A stretch of 62,731 nucleotides of DNA from an uncultured Acetobacteraceae bacterium (GCA_964657465.1 CAZZVD010000002.1:1-62731), one strand, 5' to 3'. Positions 27,701-37,470 are shown, counted from the first letter of the stretch. Translations and numbers: made by a program. The notes: generated by a model not told the origin, from the sequence alone.

Positions 27701-28980
27701 CGGGACGCCCCCTTTTGTCGAAAGACGCACGATGCATGAAAGCCTCCGAAGCCGGTAGATGCCTTGACCCAGGTTCTGATCCGCGTTTTGGTGTGTTGGG
27801 TCACTGGACGCAGAGACAGGCGTGGATCAGGCTCTTCGCAGTTCAGGGTGGCTGGTACGATCCCTTGTTCGAGGGAGAGCAAAGTGAGAATGAGCTCGAG
27901 GATTGCGCTGCCGGCGAGTGTATGCCCGATATATGGTTTGAGCGCCGTCGCGAGGAGGAGGTCGAGATGCGCGCCAAACACCGATGCGATGGCGTCGCTT
28001 TCGTATTTATCCTGCAGAGGACTGGCAGCGCCATGGGGAACGATCAGGTCAATTTCCTCGGCAGAGCATTGGGCACGATCAAGCGAATCCTGCAAAGCCA
28101 TGGAGTAGTAGTTAGGGCGCATGCAGGGAACCGTCAACTTCCACGCGTCGCAGGCGAACGCTCCCGAAAGGTACTCGGTGTAGGGGGTGCGTCCGCGGGC
28201 AGTAGCGTGCTCCTGCGATTCGAGAAGCAGCGCGCCTGCGCCTTCGCCTAGCAGAAATCCATTTCGCCGCCGATCAAACGGGCGCATGATTGGGTCGCCC
28301 GTACAGGCTTTGGCGGCATTGAGCCACAGGTATCGGGTGACCTGTCGTGGGCTGTCGCCCCCGACTACAAGCATGGCATCCACATGCCCGCCGCGAATCC
28401 AGGCGGCCGCTGTTTCGAGCGCGAATAAGCCCGAAGCACAAGCATTGTTCACGATTTGAGCGGGCCCGTGGGCGCCGAGCAGCCTGGTGAGGCGCTGCAG
28501 CAGAACGAAGGAGTGAGTCTCGTACCCCGCATCCTGAATTGTTTGATACGTGTCAGTGATAAAACGGAGCGCGCTCTCCGGAGGCTTGGCGAAGGCGCCG
28601 GATATCGACTGCCAGATCTGGCTGGTGTACTCATCGAAGCCGGGATTCTCATGGGCCACGACCACACCGATCCGGGGCATGGAATCGGCGGACAGTCCAG
28701 CATCTTCGACGGCCAGTCGACAGGCCGCAAAGAAAAGAGCCAGGTTCCGGCCATTCCGGTTGTTGATGGCAGGGCTGGAAAACTCGCTGCCGATAACATG
28801 CAACAGTTGTTGATCGTCGACGGTAGCCAGCGTAAATTCGCCCAGGCTGAAGCCGTCCAGGGTCTCTCGATGCACGGCAAAATTCTGCCGGCGGGCTTCG
28901 ATTGAATGCCAGACATCTTCCTTGCCCACGCCAATCGAGGTGACGGGCCCGAGCCCGCTGATCACAATCTCTCGGCTCAA
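27697..28980 (-). CDS. Beta-ketoacyl-ACP synthase (KAS I/II-like, catalytically complete)
   Basis: Active-site Cys (NNACASG) and both His blocks (VPHGAAS, YIGHTLAGS). A TTG start at 28980 overlaps the upstream stop (TTGA) and gives the typical N-terminus SREIVISGLGPVTSIG. Confidence 0.85.
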   Translation of the reverse strand: MSREIVISGLGPVTSIGVGKEDVWHSIEARRQNFAVHRETLDGFSLGEFTLATVDDQQLLHVIGSEFSSPAINNRNGRNLALFFAACRLAVEDAGLSADSMPRIGVVVAHENPGFDEYTSQIWQSISGAFAKPPESALRFITDTYQTIQDAGYETHSFVLLQRLTRLLGAHGPAQIVNNACASGLFALETAAAWIRGGHVDAMLVVGGDSPRQVTRYLWLNAAKACTGDPIMRPFDRRRNGFLLGEGAGALLLESQEHATARGRTPYTEYLSGAFACDAWKLTVPCMRPNYYSMALQDSLDRAQCSAEEIDLIVPHGAASPLQDKYESDAIASVFGAHLDLLLATALKPYIGHTLAGSAILELILTLLSLEQGIVPATLNCEEPDPRLSLRPVTQHTKTRIRTWVKASTGFGGFHASCVFRQKGASR

Positions 28981-30170
28981 TGAGTCTTCCTCGAAGCAGG
29001 CAGAGCCAGGGCAAGAACCCCGGCGCAATCCGCATAATCAAAAGAATTCACCAGAAAAGCGGGGTGCTCATAGGAGCGCGGCTTGCGCACCAGATCGATT
29101 GCGGGCAGCCGTGGGTCGTAGGCGGAGCGCCCCAGGGTGGGAGGGCACAGCCGCTGCGCAGAGGAGGCAACCACCGCGGCAATGGCCAGGTACGGACCAG
29201 CGGAGCCACATTCGCCCAGCGCCCCCTTCAACGCGGTGATGGGCGTTTCTTTGCCGAAAACATCTGCCAGAGCGATGGCCTCTTCGGCATCCGAGTCGCT
29301 GCCCCTGGCGCTCGCCATGACAGCGCCTATGTCCCCCGGGCGCAGGCTTGCGGCATCGAGGACCTCCCGCGTGAGTCGACTGTAGGCGCCGGCAGCCGGC
29401 TGGTTACTTGACACCGCCACTGCCAGGATCTCGGCCAGGACGGGTACCTTTCTGCGGCGTGCCTCATCAGCGCTCTCTACCAGCAAAGCTACCGACCCTT
29501 CTCCCAGGACATAGCCGCCCCGCGATTGGCCGAATGGATCTGCGGCTTCAGCATCGAATTCTTCGCGGCTCGAGAGAAAAGAGAGTAATTCGAGAGAGAT
29601 GTCTTCACTGGTGACACAAAGGCATTGATCGCACGCGCCGATACCAATCAGTTGCGCGGCTCGGCCGAGTGCGGCAAGGCCGGAGATGAGACCGTTGGAT
29701 ATCGTAAGGTTGAAAGCCTCTGCCTGAATGGCGATCGACAAATAGCTGGCGGAGGCATGCATGATAGTGTTGGGGAATTGCATGGGGCTGGCGCGGCCCA
29801 GACCATACTCACGCATCTCCGTGCGGTAATCATAGAGGGATTTCAGATTGCCGTGCATCGTGCAGTGAATGACTCCCAATCGCGAACGATCGAACTCAGT
29901 GCCGAGCCGCGCGCCAGCCAGGGAACGCCGGGCCGATTCCAAGGCAAGCCCCGTAGCGCGGCCAACAGGCCAACCCTTCGGACCCACGGGTTTGACTTTG
30001 GCTGGTGACGTTCCAAGCAACGTTTCGTTCGATTTTCTGCCCAGACGGCGATGCTGTAACCCGGACTGACCGGACAATAAATGGTTGGAGAAGGTCCGCG
30101 TGGTACAGCCAAGTGAACTAGTCAGCCCGATTCCGGTGATTACGAGCGGAGAATCCTGCTGGGAGTCCAT
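28977..30170 (-). CDS. KS-like protein lacking the catalytic cysteine (chain-length-factor-like)
   Basis: Thiolase-fold KS homology (PLVITGIGLTSSLG...). The active-site block reads ISNGLISG instead of xxACxSG. ATG 30170 lies 2 nt after the upstream TAA. Confidence 0.75.
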   Translation of the reverse strand: MDSQQDSPLVITGIGLTSSLGCTTRTFSNHLLSGQSGLQHRRLGRKSNETLLGTSPAKVKPVGPKGWPVGRATGLALESARRSLAGARLGTEFDRSRLGVIHCTMHGNLKSLYDYRTEMREYGLGRASPMQFPNTIMHASASYLSIAIQAEAFNLTISNGLISGLAALGRAAQLIGIGACDQCLCVTSEDISLELLSFLSSREEFDAEAADPFGQSRGGYVLGEGSVALLVESADEARRRKVPVLAEILAVAVSSNQPAAGAYSRLTREVLDAASLRPGDIGAVMASARGSDSDAEEAIALADVFGKETPITALKGALGECGSAGPYLAIAAVVASSAQRLCPPTLGRSAYDPRLPAIDLVRKPRSYEHPAFLVNSFDYADCAGVLALALPASRKTH

Positions 30171-30172
30171 GG

Positions 30173-31336
30173 TTAGCAGGTTCCGAGCACTATGGCGCAA
30201 TTGCTACCGCCAAAGCCGGCGGACATCTTTAAGACCCGGCTCACGCGCTCTTCTCTTGGTTCGTTCGGCACGCAGTCGATGTCGCAATCGCCGGCGGCCT
30301 TTTTGAAGTTCCACGTGGGAGGAATGCAATGGTGGACCATGCTCAAGAGGCAACCTATGGTTTCGATGGCTCCAGCGGCGCCCATGGTGTGACCCAATAC
30401 CGCTTTCAACGAATTCATAACTGGTTTCTGATTGCCCCCGGCGAACACCTGAGTAATGGCGATGCATTCGGCGCGGTCGTTCGCGAGCGTTGCGGTGCCG
30501 TGGGCGTTGGTGTAGTCCACGTCCGCAGGCGCGAGATGCGCCATCTCGAGCGCCTTCCTTAAGCTTGCAGTCATGCCGGCTGCCTTAGGGTGAGGGTGAA
30601 TGATGTGGTGACTGTCTGCACTCATACCAAAGCCAAGAACCTCCGCGTAGATCTGTGCGCCGCGCCTATGTGCCTTTTCTAAAGGCTCCAGGAGCATCAC
30701 GCCGGCACCCTCACCGACGAGAAAACCAGACCGGTCGGAATCGAAGGGACGGACCGCATCACTGGTGAGTACATTCAGGCTGGCGAAGCCGGAAAAGCAA
30801 ACCGAGGAGAGACCTTCCGTGCCGCCGACCAGCATCGCGTTCAGGCGCCCTCCGCCGAGTTGCAGGATTCCATCAACGACTGCCGAGGTCCCAGCCGTGC
30901 ACGCTACCGGAAGGGTCGATACAGGTCCCCAAAGCTGAAGGGTTTCGGCAACAATCTGCGCCGGCGACCGGGTGGGCGCGAACAAGCCATCGCCACTGAC
31001 AGCACGTTCGAAAAGCCTTTCCGAGTGGCCCGAAGCGGTTCCCAGGGAAATGCCGATCTCGCCGTCTTCATGGCTATTCTCAATTCCGCTGTCGTGCAAC
31101 GCCTCCTGCGCCGCCGCAAGAGCGTAGAGCGCGGCGTCACTGATGTCCCCATGGACGGGCAAGCGTTCCAGGCCATCAACGCGGCACACTGACCCACAAC
31201 GGCTGTTGCTGTCGGCAGCCCAGGGAAGCGATTGGATATTGGAGGCGCCTTCGAGAAGTCCGCGCCAGAAATCTTTTTTACCGGTCCCAGAGGGGCTTAC
31301 GACTCCGACGCCGGTGACGACAATCCTGCTTCGCAT
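30173..31336 (-). CDS. Beta-ketoacyl-ACP synthase II-like (FabF-like)
   Basis: MRSRIVVTGVGVVSPSG N-terminus, active-site VACTAGT, NAHGTAT and LGHTMGAAG His blocks. Confidence 0.85.
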   Translation of the reverse strand: MRSRIVVTGVGVVSPSGTGKKDFWRGLLEGASNIQSLPWAADSNSRCGSVCRVDGLERLPVHGDISDAALYALAAAQEALHDSGIENSHEDGEIGISLGTASGHSERLFERAVSGDGLFAPTRSPAQIVAETLQLWGPVSTLPVACTAGTSAVVDGILQLGGGRLNAMLVGGTEGLSSVCFSGFASLNVLTSDAVRPFDSDRSGFLVGEGAGVMLLEPLEKAHRRGAQIYAEVLGFGMSADSHHIIHPHPKAAGMTASLRKALEMAHLAPADVDYTNAHGTATLANDRAECIAITQVFAGGNQKPVMNSLKAVLGHTMGAAGAIETIGCLLSMVHHCIPPTWNFKKAAGDCDIDCVPNEPREERVSRVLKMSAGFGGSNCAIVLGTC

Positions 31337-31350
31337 GGCGTGAATCCTTC

Positions 31351-31602
31351 CTAGTGAACCTCTATCGTGCTGATCTCGCGGATCAGCTCAATCACTGAGC
31401 GCGGAGACATCATCTCGGGAAGTCGGCTATCGGGTATCTCGATATGAAACTCGCGCTCCAATCGCATAATCAATTCCAGAGAAATGATTGAATCGATTCC
31501 GGACTCGTAGAACGACTGATCCATATCGATCTGGTTCTGCATCGTCACTTTGCGCAGAGTGGTCAAAACCCGTTCGTCGATCGTATCGGTATGCAATGGC
31601 AT
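31351..31602 (-). CDS. Acyl carrier protein
   Basis: 83 aa with a phosphopantetheine attachment motif GIDSI in the helix II context (ESGIDSIISLELIMRLE). Confidence 0.8.
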   Translation of the reverse strand: MPLHTDTIDERVLTTLRKVTMQNQIDMDQSFYESGIDSIISLELIMRLEREFHIEIPDSRLPEMMSPRSVIELIREISTIEVH

Positions 31603-31801
31603 TCTCCTTTGCGTCCTCAGCGGGTCGGCCGAGACAGGTGATCTCCGTCATAGTACACATGCTTTTTTGCGATTCTTCGGCTGCGCTCAATGTCAAAGAA
31701 GAATGACTGTGTCATAATCTCTTTGCGTTGAACGGCTTGGCGCTTTTTGGGACAGGTAGAAGCTGTCCCAATGCTGTCCTTATAGCTGACCCTTAGTACA
31801 G

Positions 31802-33553
31802 TTGGCGCATCCCGCGCCCCATAGGAAGGTACGAAGCAGAGATATCCGGGGTGATGCGATCAGTTACACTTCCAGACTGAAACTAAGGAGCCCAAAGACC
31901 AGGGATTGCTTGTGGGTCTTGCTTCTTGTGACAGTTTCGGTAGCTTTTTACGCCGTGACCATCGATAGATCCTCTTATCTTTACATTCTGCGGGCGGACG
32001 AAGGCTACGGTTTTTCCGCCGCTGTGCGGACGGCAAGCGGTCAGATTCCGCAAAAAGATTTTAGCTATGCCTACGGTCCCATCATGCCTTTTGTCTATGC
32101 AGTCTCTTTTAAGCTGCTGGGCGTCAGCCTTTATGCGATGAGGGCGACCTGGGCGCTGCTGTACACGGTGAGCGTGGTTCTTTTCTATGGGATAGCCCGG
32201 CAGATTTTGCCAGCACTGCCATCGGCGACCGCAGCTATCTGCCTTGTAGGACAACTCCACCCACCGTTGTATTCCTACAACCATGTGGGTTTGGTCATCG
32301 CAGTGCAGGCGGCTTTATTGTTGGCCATGCGTTTGCTCGTTGAACCCGGCAGACTTCGGCTTTGGGCCGCGTTGTCAGCGATGTTTACGCTGGCCTTCCT
32401 GATCAAGTTCAACGAAGGGCTGGCGGTGATCGCGTTTCTTTCCGCCGGGTTCGGTTTATGGCTTACCCGCAAGGGCATCGGGCTGCCAAACCGGAAGGTA
32501 TTCATGCTCCGGTGGTTGGCTGTGTGTACCGTGCCGGTGTTGCTTTTTGCCGCCGTGACCTTTGGGCTGAATTACCAGCTTACGGCCGCCGAGTTCTGGA
32601 GAAATTTCCCGGTTCTGCCGGAGTATCACGCAAGTGTCGGCGGGTACCAGTTCGTTCTCAGGCTGTTGACTTCTCCCGTTCATTTGAAAATGGACGGAGC
32701 TTCCGCTTGGAAATGGTGGAGCTTGTGGTACGAGAACTACGTTCTCGCGGTGTTGGCAAGCCTTGCAGCCGGGATAGCCGCACTCCTGTGTCTCGGCGCC
32801 TTTTTCGCATTCAGACTGCGCGATTCTATGAGCGGCGATACCTGGAATGCCGTGTTGTTGGGTTGCTGCGTGCTGGCTCTTTATCACGAGTTTTATCTAA
32901 CCGGAAATCATTGGGCAACACCGATGTATCTGGGGTTCGCGGTCGTTTTTGGAGTGTGGCTCGTGTATCGACTCGCGGCGCCTCTCCCTGCGGTTCGCTA
33001 CGCCGCTCTCGCCCTGCTCTTTGGTGTCTCCGCCGCCTCATGTGTGACCTACTACATGGTTGGCCGAATGTATTTTTCGCAGTACGATTTGAGCTTACAG
33101 CGAGCTCGCATCCGGAGCTCGTCCGACAGCGATGCGTCTACTGTGCAGCAGGTGGTCGATTACATCCAGCACACCACGCCGGCGGGCACTGCGATGGCTG
33201 CTTTCCCGCACGACAGTCTTTTGCTGCACCTGGCCGGACTGCCGAACGGATTGCGTGATGACGACTACCAATGGATGCTGTTCCCTACGGAGGATTCCGA
33301 TGCACAGCTGACCGCAGAATTGAAGCGTAAACAGATCAGCCGGCTGCTCATCTCTAACTTCGTCGGCTTTCGTGGAAGAAAGCTTATGTTTTTCGGCCAG
33401 GACTATCTTCCTCAGACCTATCAGTACATCCTCTCTGCATATCACCCTGTTCAGACCTTTGACAATGGCCTCAGCGGATATGCTGTCACTTACTACGAAA
33501 GCAACACTTCTGGTTCCGCGGCCGTTGCTGCGTTGAACGGAGCGCAAAAATGA
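31802..33553 (+). CDS. Polytopic membrane glycosyltransferase, GT-C fold (ArnT/PMT, GT39/83-like)
   Basis: More than 10 predicted TM segments. An early-loop acidic motif (RADEGYGF). Large C-terminal soluble domain. The start codon is uncertain. Confidence 0.6.
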   Translation: MAHPAPHRKVRSRDIRGDAISYTSRLKLRSPKTRDCLWVLLLVTVSVAFYAVTIDRSSYLYILRADEGYGFSAAVRTASGQIPQKDFSYAYGPIMPFVYAVSFKLLGVSLYAMRATWALLYTVSVVLFYGIARQILPALPSATAAICLVGQLHPPLYSYNHVGLVIAVQAALLLAMRLLVEPGRLRLWAALSAMFTLAFLIKFNEGLAVIAFLSAGFGLWLTRKGIGLPNRKVFMLRWLAVCTVPVLLFAAVTFGLNYQLTAAEFWRNFPVLPEYHASVGGYQFVLRLLTSPVHLKMDGASAWKWWSLWYENYVLAVLASLAAGIAALLCLGAFFAFRLRDSMSGDTWNAVLLGCCVLALYHEFYLTGNHWATPMYLGFAVVFGVWLVYRLAAPLPAVRYAALALLFGVSAASCVTYYMVGRMYFSQYDLSLQRARIRSSSDSDASTVQQVVDYIQHTTPAGTAMAAFPHDSLLLHLAGLPNGLRDDDYQWMLFPTEDSDAQLTAELKRKQISRLLISNFVGFRGRKLMFFGQDYLPQTYQYILSAYHPVQTFDNGLSGYAVTYYESNTSGSAAVAALNGAQK

Positions 33554-35106
33554 AGGTGCTTCTGCTGTTTGCTAATACGCTCGCCGACCGCACTGCCCGC
33601 GAATCGAAAGGCACACGCATTGGCATCCTCCCCCCATTGGGTCTTGGATATATTGCAAGCGTTCTGCAGCGCGAAGGGCACGAAGTTCGCATTATCGATA
33701 CCCGCATCGATCCGATCACCCCAGGCGTGGCGGAGGAGATCGTAAGGTACGCACCTGGAGTCATCGGCATATCCATTTTCGTTATTTCGGAGATCGAGGG
33801 ATATAAGCTCGCCGAGACGATGAAGTCGCTGCTGCCCGACGTTCCCATCGTGATGGGCGGTCCGCAGGTCAGCTACTTTCCCCGTGCCCCTTTTGAACGC
33901 TGTGCGGCCGTCGATTTCACTGTTGAGGGCGAGGGAGAGTACACCATGCGCGACCTGGTGGCCGCCCTGGAAAACCACCAGCCTTTGGCGCCCGTAAAAA
34001 ATATTTACTATCGCGGTCTTGACGGTCAGGTTATTGCCACGGGAGGGCCGCACTCGATTCCCGATTTGGATGACCTGCCGCCGCCCGCGAGAGAACTATT
34101 CTCTCTCAAGCGGTATGCGCCTGAAGTCTACGAGTTTCGGTCCCTGCCCGCCACCAATATTCTGGCGACTCGTGGCTGCGCCTATGGACAATGCAGTTTC
34201 TGCTTCGAAGCGGGAAAGTTTCGTACCAAGTATCGTTACCTGTCGGCCCTGCGCCTTATCGAGGAGATCGAAAGCCTGCGTGATACGTACGGCTTTCGAG
34301 AGATAGTCTTCAACGACGATGATCTTTTGTCGAATGGCAAGCTTCTCATGGAGTTTTCTCGACTGGCCATCGAGCGGAATTTAGGTGTGCGTTGGAGCTG
34401 CTGGGGAAGGGTCACACCCTGCACCCGCAACCTTTTAGCCACGATCGCAAAAGCCGGTTGTTGGTTAGTTTCCTTCGGGATCGAGTCGGGAAATCAACAA
34501 TTGCTCGACAAACTGCAAAAGGGAATGACCCTGGAGAAATGCCGCCAGGTGGTCGGCTGGTGTCATGAGTTGGGCATCGAGGTGATGGGAACATTCATGT
34601 TGGCGATCCCGGGGGAAACTCCGGCAACGGCCCTGGAAACGATTCAGTTCGCCAAAGAGCTGGATCTTAGCTACGCGGCGTTTATCCCTACCCACCCGCT
34701 GTTCGGAACCCCGCTTTTCGAAACGTGTATTGAAGAGGGCAGGCTGGTGAAGTCGCCCTATCACCATGAAGCGGTAGAAACCCGATACCTTCCCAAAATC
34801 TCATTTGTTCCGGATGGATACAAGGATGAGCGCGAGGTAGAGCAAATGCTCAAGAAAGCCTACCGAAGCTTCTATATCAGGCCAGCGTATTTCCTTAAAC
34901 ATCTAAAAATGTTGCGGTCGTGGAGTGCAGTCAAAAAATACTATATCGGTGTGAAGTTTGCTTTGTCCCTTATGAACAATTGGGGTAATCCGCAGGATTC
35001 CCGTTACACGGTCCGCTACAGCAGTCTCCCGGAGTATGCCCCGGAAAAGGCGGTTTCCCTCGTCAATACGATAGGACCCGTAAAACTCACGCAACCTAAC
35101 TTGTGA
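33550..35106 (+). CDS. B12-binding-domain radical SAM enzyme, paralog of 14091-15533
   Basis: ATGA overlap with the upstream gene. N-terminal B12-binding block (PPLGLGYIASVL). The cluster motif is CAYGQCSFC (CX4CX2C). Confidence 0.8.
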   Translation: MKVLLLFANTLADRTARESKGTRIGILPPLGLGYIASVLQREGHEVRIIDTRIDPITPGVAEEIVRYAPGVIGISIFVISEIEGYKLAETMKSLLPDVPIVMGGPQVSYFPRAPFERCAAVDFTVEGEGEYTMRDLVAALENHQPLAPVKNIYYRGLDGQVIATGGPHSIPDLDDLPPPARELFSLKRYAPEVYEFRSLPATNILATRGCAYGQCSFCFEAGKFRTKYRYLSALRLIEEIESLRDTYGFREIVFNDDDLLSNGKLLMEFSRLAIERNLGVRWSCWGRVTPCTRNLLATIAKAGCWLVSFGIESGNQQLLDKLQKGMTLEKCRQVVGWCHELGIEVMGTFMLAIPGETPATALETIQFAKELDLSYAAFIPTHPLFGTPLFETCIEEGRLVKSPYHHEAVETRYLPKISFVPDGYKDEREVEQMLKKAYRSFYIRPAYFLKHLKMLRSWSAVKKYYIGVKFALSLMNNWGNPQDSRYTVRYSSLPEYAPEKAVSLVNTIGPVKLTQPNL

Positions 35107-35118
35107 TTGGAGTAAACC

Positions 35119-36147
35119 ATGAAGGCAGATCGGACGATAGGAGGGCTGGTGGTTCTGATGGGCGGTTTGCTCACTCAGTGCTCAGCTCAAACCTTTATCA
35201 GGGCGATTCTCCCCAATCCTTCCCCGCAGGAAGCTACGGGATATAAATTCCAAATCCTAACCCCGGGGGCAGTACAGACTGCGTCCCTGCGTAATAACGT
35301 TTTGGTGGCCAGGACCGGCGAAGCCAGAATCCAAACCGTTGCTTATTCCAAGCCGTCACAGCCAAAACTGGACCAGGCGTATCAGATTGCCGCCCACGAG
35401 ACGCCGTCCAGCGTCAAATTCGGATTCGACGATAAGCTCCCCGCGGATGGAAAGATCGATCTGCGGATTTCGTTCAGCCCCACGGATTACTGGAAGGTGT
35501 ATTTCAACGACACATTCCAATATGCCGACGGCCACAGCGAACGCTCCCGGATTCCCTATGCCGCGTTCTTTGTCAACTTTACGCCGACCAAGGATCCCGC
35601 AAAGGTCCTGGCAACGTTGACCGTCATTAACAACATCGCTTCAACGTACGGCATCGCCAGCAACGTGGTGAACGATGAAAAGCGACCGACCATCAACTTT
35701 AAGCATGCCACTGTATTTATTAACAACGATCTGCACAACTACAACCTGGAGCACTTTGACCAGGCAACCGGACAGAAGGTAGACCTGCCGGCTTCCTTTT
35801 CTCTGAAAAAAGGGGAGTCACAGGTATTCGATCTGGGAGTAGTGAACAAGGACAGCTATGTTTACACCATGTCTGAAGTGAGCTACGAGGGGCAGACCGA
35901 AACCTTCCCAATTGCCTGCGCTCATAGTGCCGACGCCACGGATACAAAGGGCGAAACGATGAGCGATGGACAGAACATGCCGGCGGGTTCGCTCTCCAGC
36001 GTGCAACTGAATTCCAGCGCATCCGCTAAGACCACGACCAGCGAAACCCAAAAACAGCAAACTTCTGATGTTCAGAACAAGCCGGGCGCCACGAGCGAAG
36101 TTCACCCAAAGCGAACGAATCCTGAAAAGAGCAAGGAGCAGAAATGA
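35119..36147 (+). CDS. Secreted hypothetical protein with low-complexity Ser/Thr/Lys-rich tail
   Basis: Signal peptide (LVVLMGGLLTQCSAQ). Its stop overlaps the next gene's ATG (ATGA). Confidence 0.65.
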   Translation: MKADRTIGGLVVLMGGLLTQCSAQTFIRAILPNPSPQEATGYKFQILTPGAVQTASLRNNVLVARTGEARIQTVAYSKPSQPKLDQAYQIAAHETPSSVKFGFDDKLPADGKIDLRISFSPTDYWKVYFNDTFQYADGHSERSRIPYAAFFVNFTPTKDPAKVLATLTVINNIASTYGIASNVVNDEKRPTINFKHATVFINNDLHNYNLEHFDQATGQKVDLPASFSLKKGESQVFDLGVVNKDSYVYTMSEVSYEGQTETFPIACAHSADATDTKGETMSDGQNMPAGSLSSVQLNSSASAKTTTSETQKQQTSDVQNKPGATSEVHPKRTNPEKSKEQK

Positions 36148-37430
36148 AGAGACGATTGTTCTTAAAATCCGGTAGCGGCGCTTTGTTAGCTGCAGGCTCC
36201 GGACTCCTCCCGCTTGTGGGTCAGCAGAAAACCGCGCCCAAAACGGCTCCATCCACCAATACCACGCCTTCGGCGACCGCCCCCAAAGCCGCACCCTCTG
36301 TAACACCGAAGCCCGCGGTTACCTCTTCGGGCGGTTCTTGATCGGCCAATTCAGCCCAGTTTGGGCTGCACGGCACACGGGACTTCCAGCAGAATTCGAA
36401 CGCAGCGAGTGTTGCTCCAACCGACTATCTTCTTGGATCAGACATTCGCAATTATCGCTTCAAAGTCGCCGAATGGAATCCGAATCAGGGCTACATTCAA
36501 AGCGGCGAGGCTGCGACCGCACGCAACAACCTGTATACCTTGCTGTTTCCATTTGAAAACCTGGGTGATCAGCTCGACAGCGAAATCATGCCGCTCAGAG
36601 TACAGTGGGCGCAGGATGCCGGCGAGAGCCACCTCGATCCAAACAGTGCTTCCTGGAAGCGGTTCAAACAGCTGTACAGCTATCAATTCCAGGAGCAGAA
36701 AACGGTTGCTTTGTTTGCGCCGGAACTCTCTTACAAGGGGCCGAGCGATATCAGCACCGATCAGTATGACTTCGGGAGATACCTGCGCATTGTGTATCTC
36801 TATGTCAAGCCCGATAAAATGCCTGAGTTTGAAGACTTTGTCCACAAGTACATCGTGCCGGCTGCGACAGAAATCCTTAAATATCGCGACAAAGTAGTGA
36901 ACGCACCCCCACCCGACCAACGTGAATACTTCAAGCTGGCGCCGCATCTTCGAAAGGTGTCCATAAACGTCAACATGCCAACCATTCCGGAATTCGAATT
37001 GTTCATCCAGCGGTACCTGGTTCCAGCGGCCCAGCGGACGAATACTCCCCTGCTCACCTACCGGACTGTTACCGGGGACAAACACAATTACCACATGCTT
37101 TATCCGTTCGAGGGGAAGCATCAATTCCACTACGACAACAAAAACCTGATCGCGTCTTCATTGTTGCGCGACAATCACCTGCAAATGTTGGCGGAGTCTG
37201 CAGGGGTGCCCAAGTTCACTTTGGCCTCCTACAAACCCAACGACAAAAAGCATGCCGTCGAACAAGCACTCGCCGAAGCCGACGAACTGGCGGCCGAATT
37301 CCATAGTCATGCCATTGAAATGGAAGAAATTGTCTATGTGACTCGACCCGACATGAGCTCTCTTCTAGAGGGGCGCTACACGAAGGAATCGGTAAAGCTG
37401 ATCAACGCGTCGTACACTGCCGGGATGTAG
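36144..37430 (+). CDS. Candidate TAT-exported selenoprotein (in-frame UGA at 36339-36341 = codon 66); paralog of 8442-9731
   Basis: The twin-arginine signal ORF (MKRRLFLKSGSGALLAAG) ends GGS-TGA. The same frame stays open into the 36540-37430 ORF. Homology to the paralog begins immediately after the TGA (SANSAQFGL vs GAVQAQFGL) and well upstream of the first Met. Confidence 0.6.
36352..36368 (+). promoter_or_regulatory. SECIS-like hairpin 10 nt downstream of the in-frame UGA
   Basis: CAGCCCA-guu-UGGGCUG. Position, length and loop are identical to the hairpin at 9546-9562. The outermost pair is C-G here versus A-U there. Confidence 0.55.
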
Positions 37431-37437
37431 GAGATGA

Positions 37438-37470
37438 GGAGCCGGACTTGTGAGCCCGGCTCCATTTTCT
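37438..37470 (+). terminator. Rho-independent terminator after the selenoprotein candidate
   Basis: GGAGCCGG (37438-37445) pairs with CCGGCTCC (37456-37463), followed by attttctcatttt. Confidence 0.6.
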
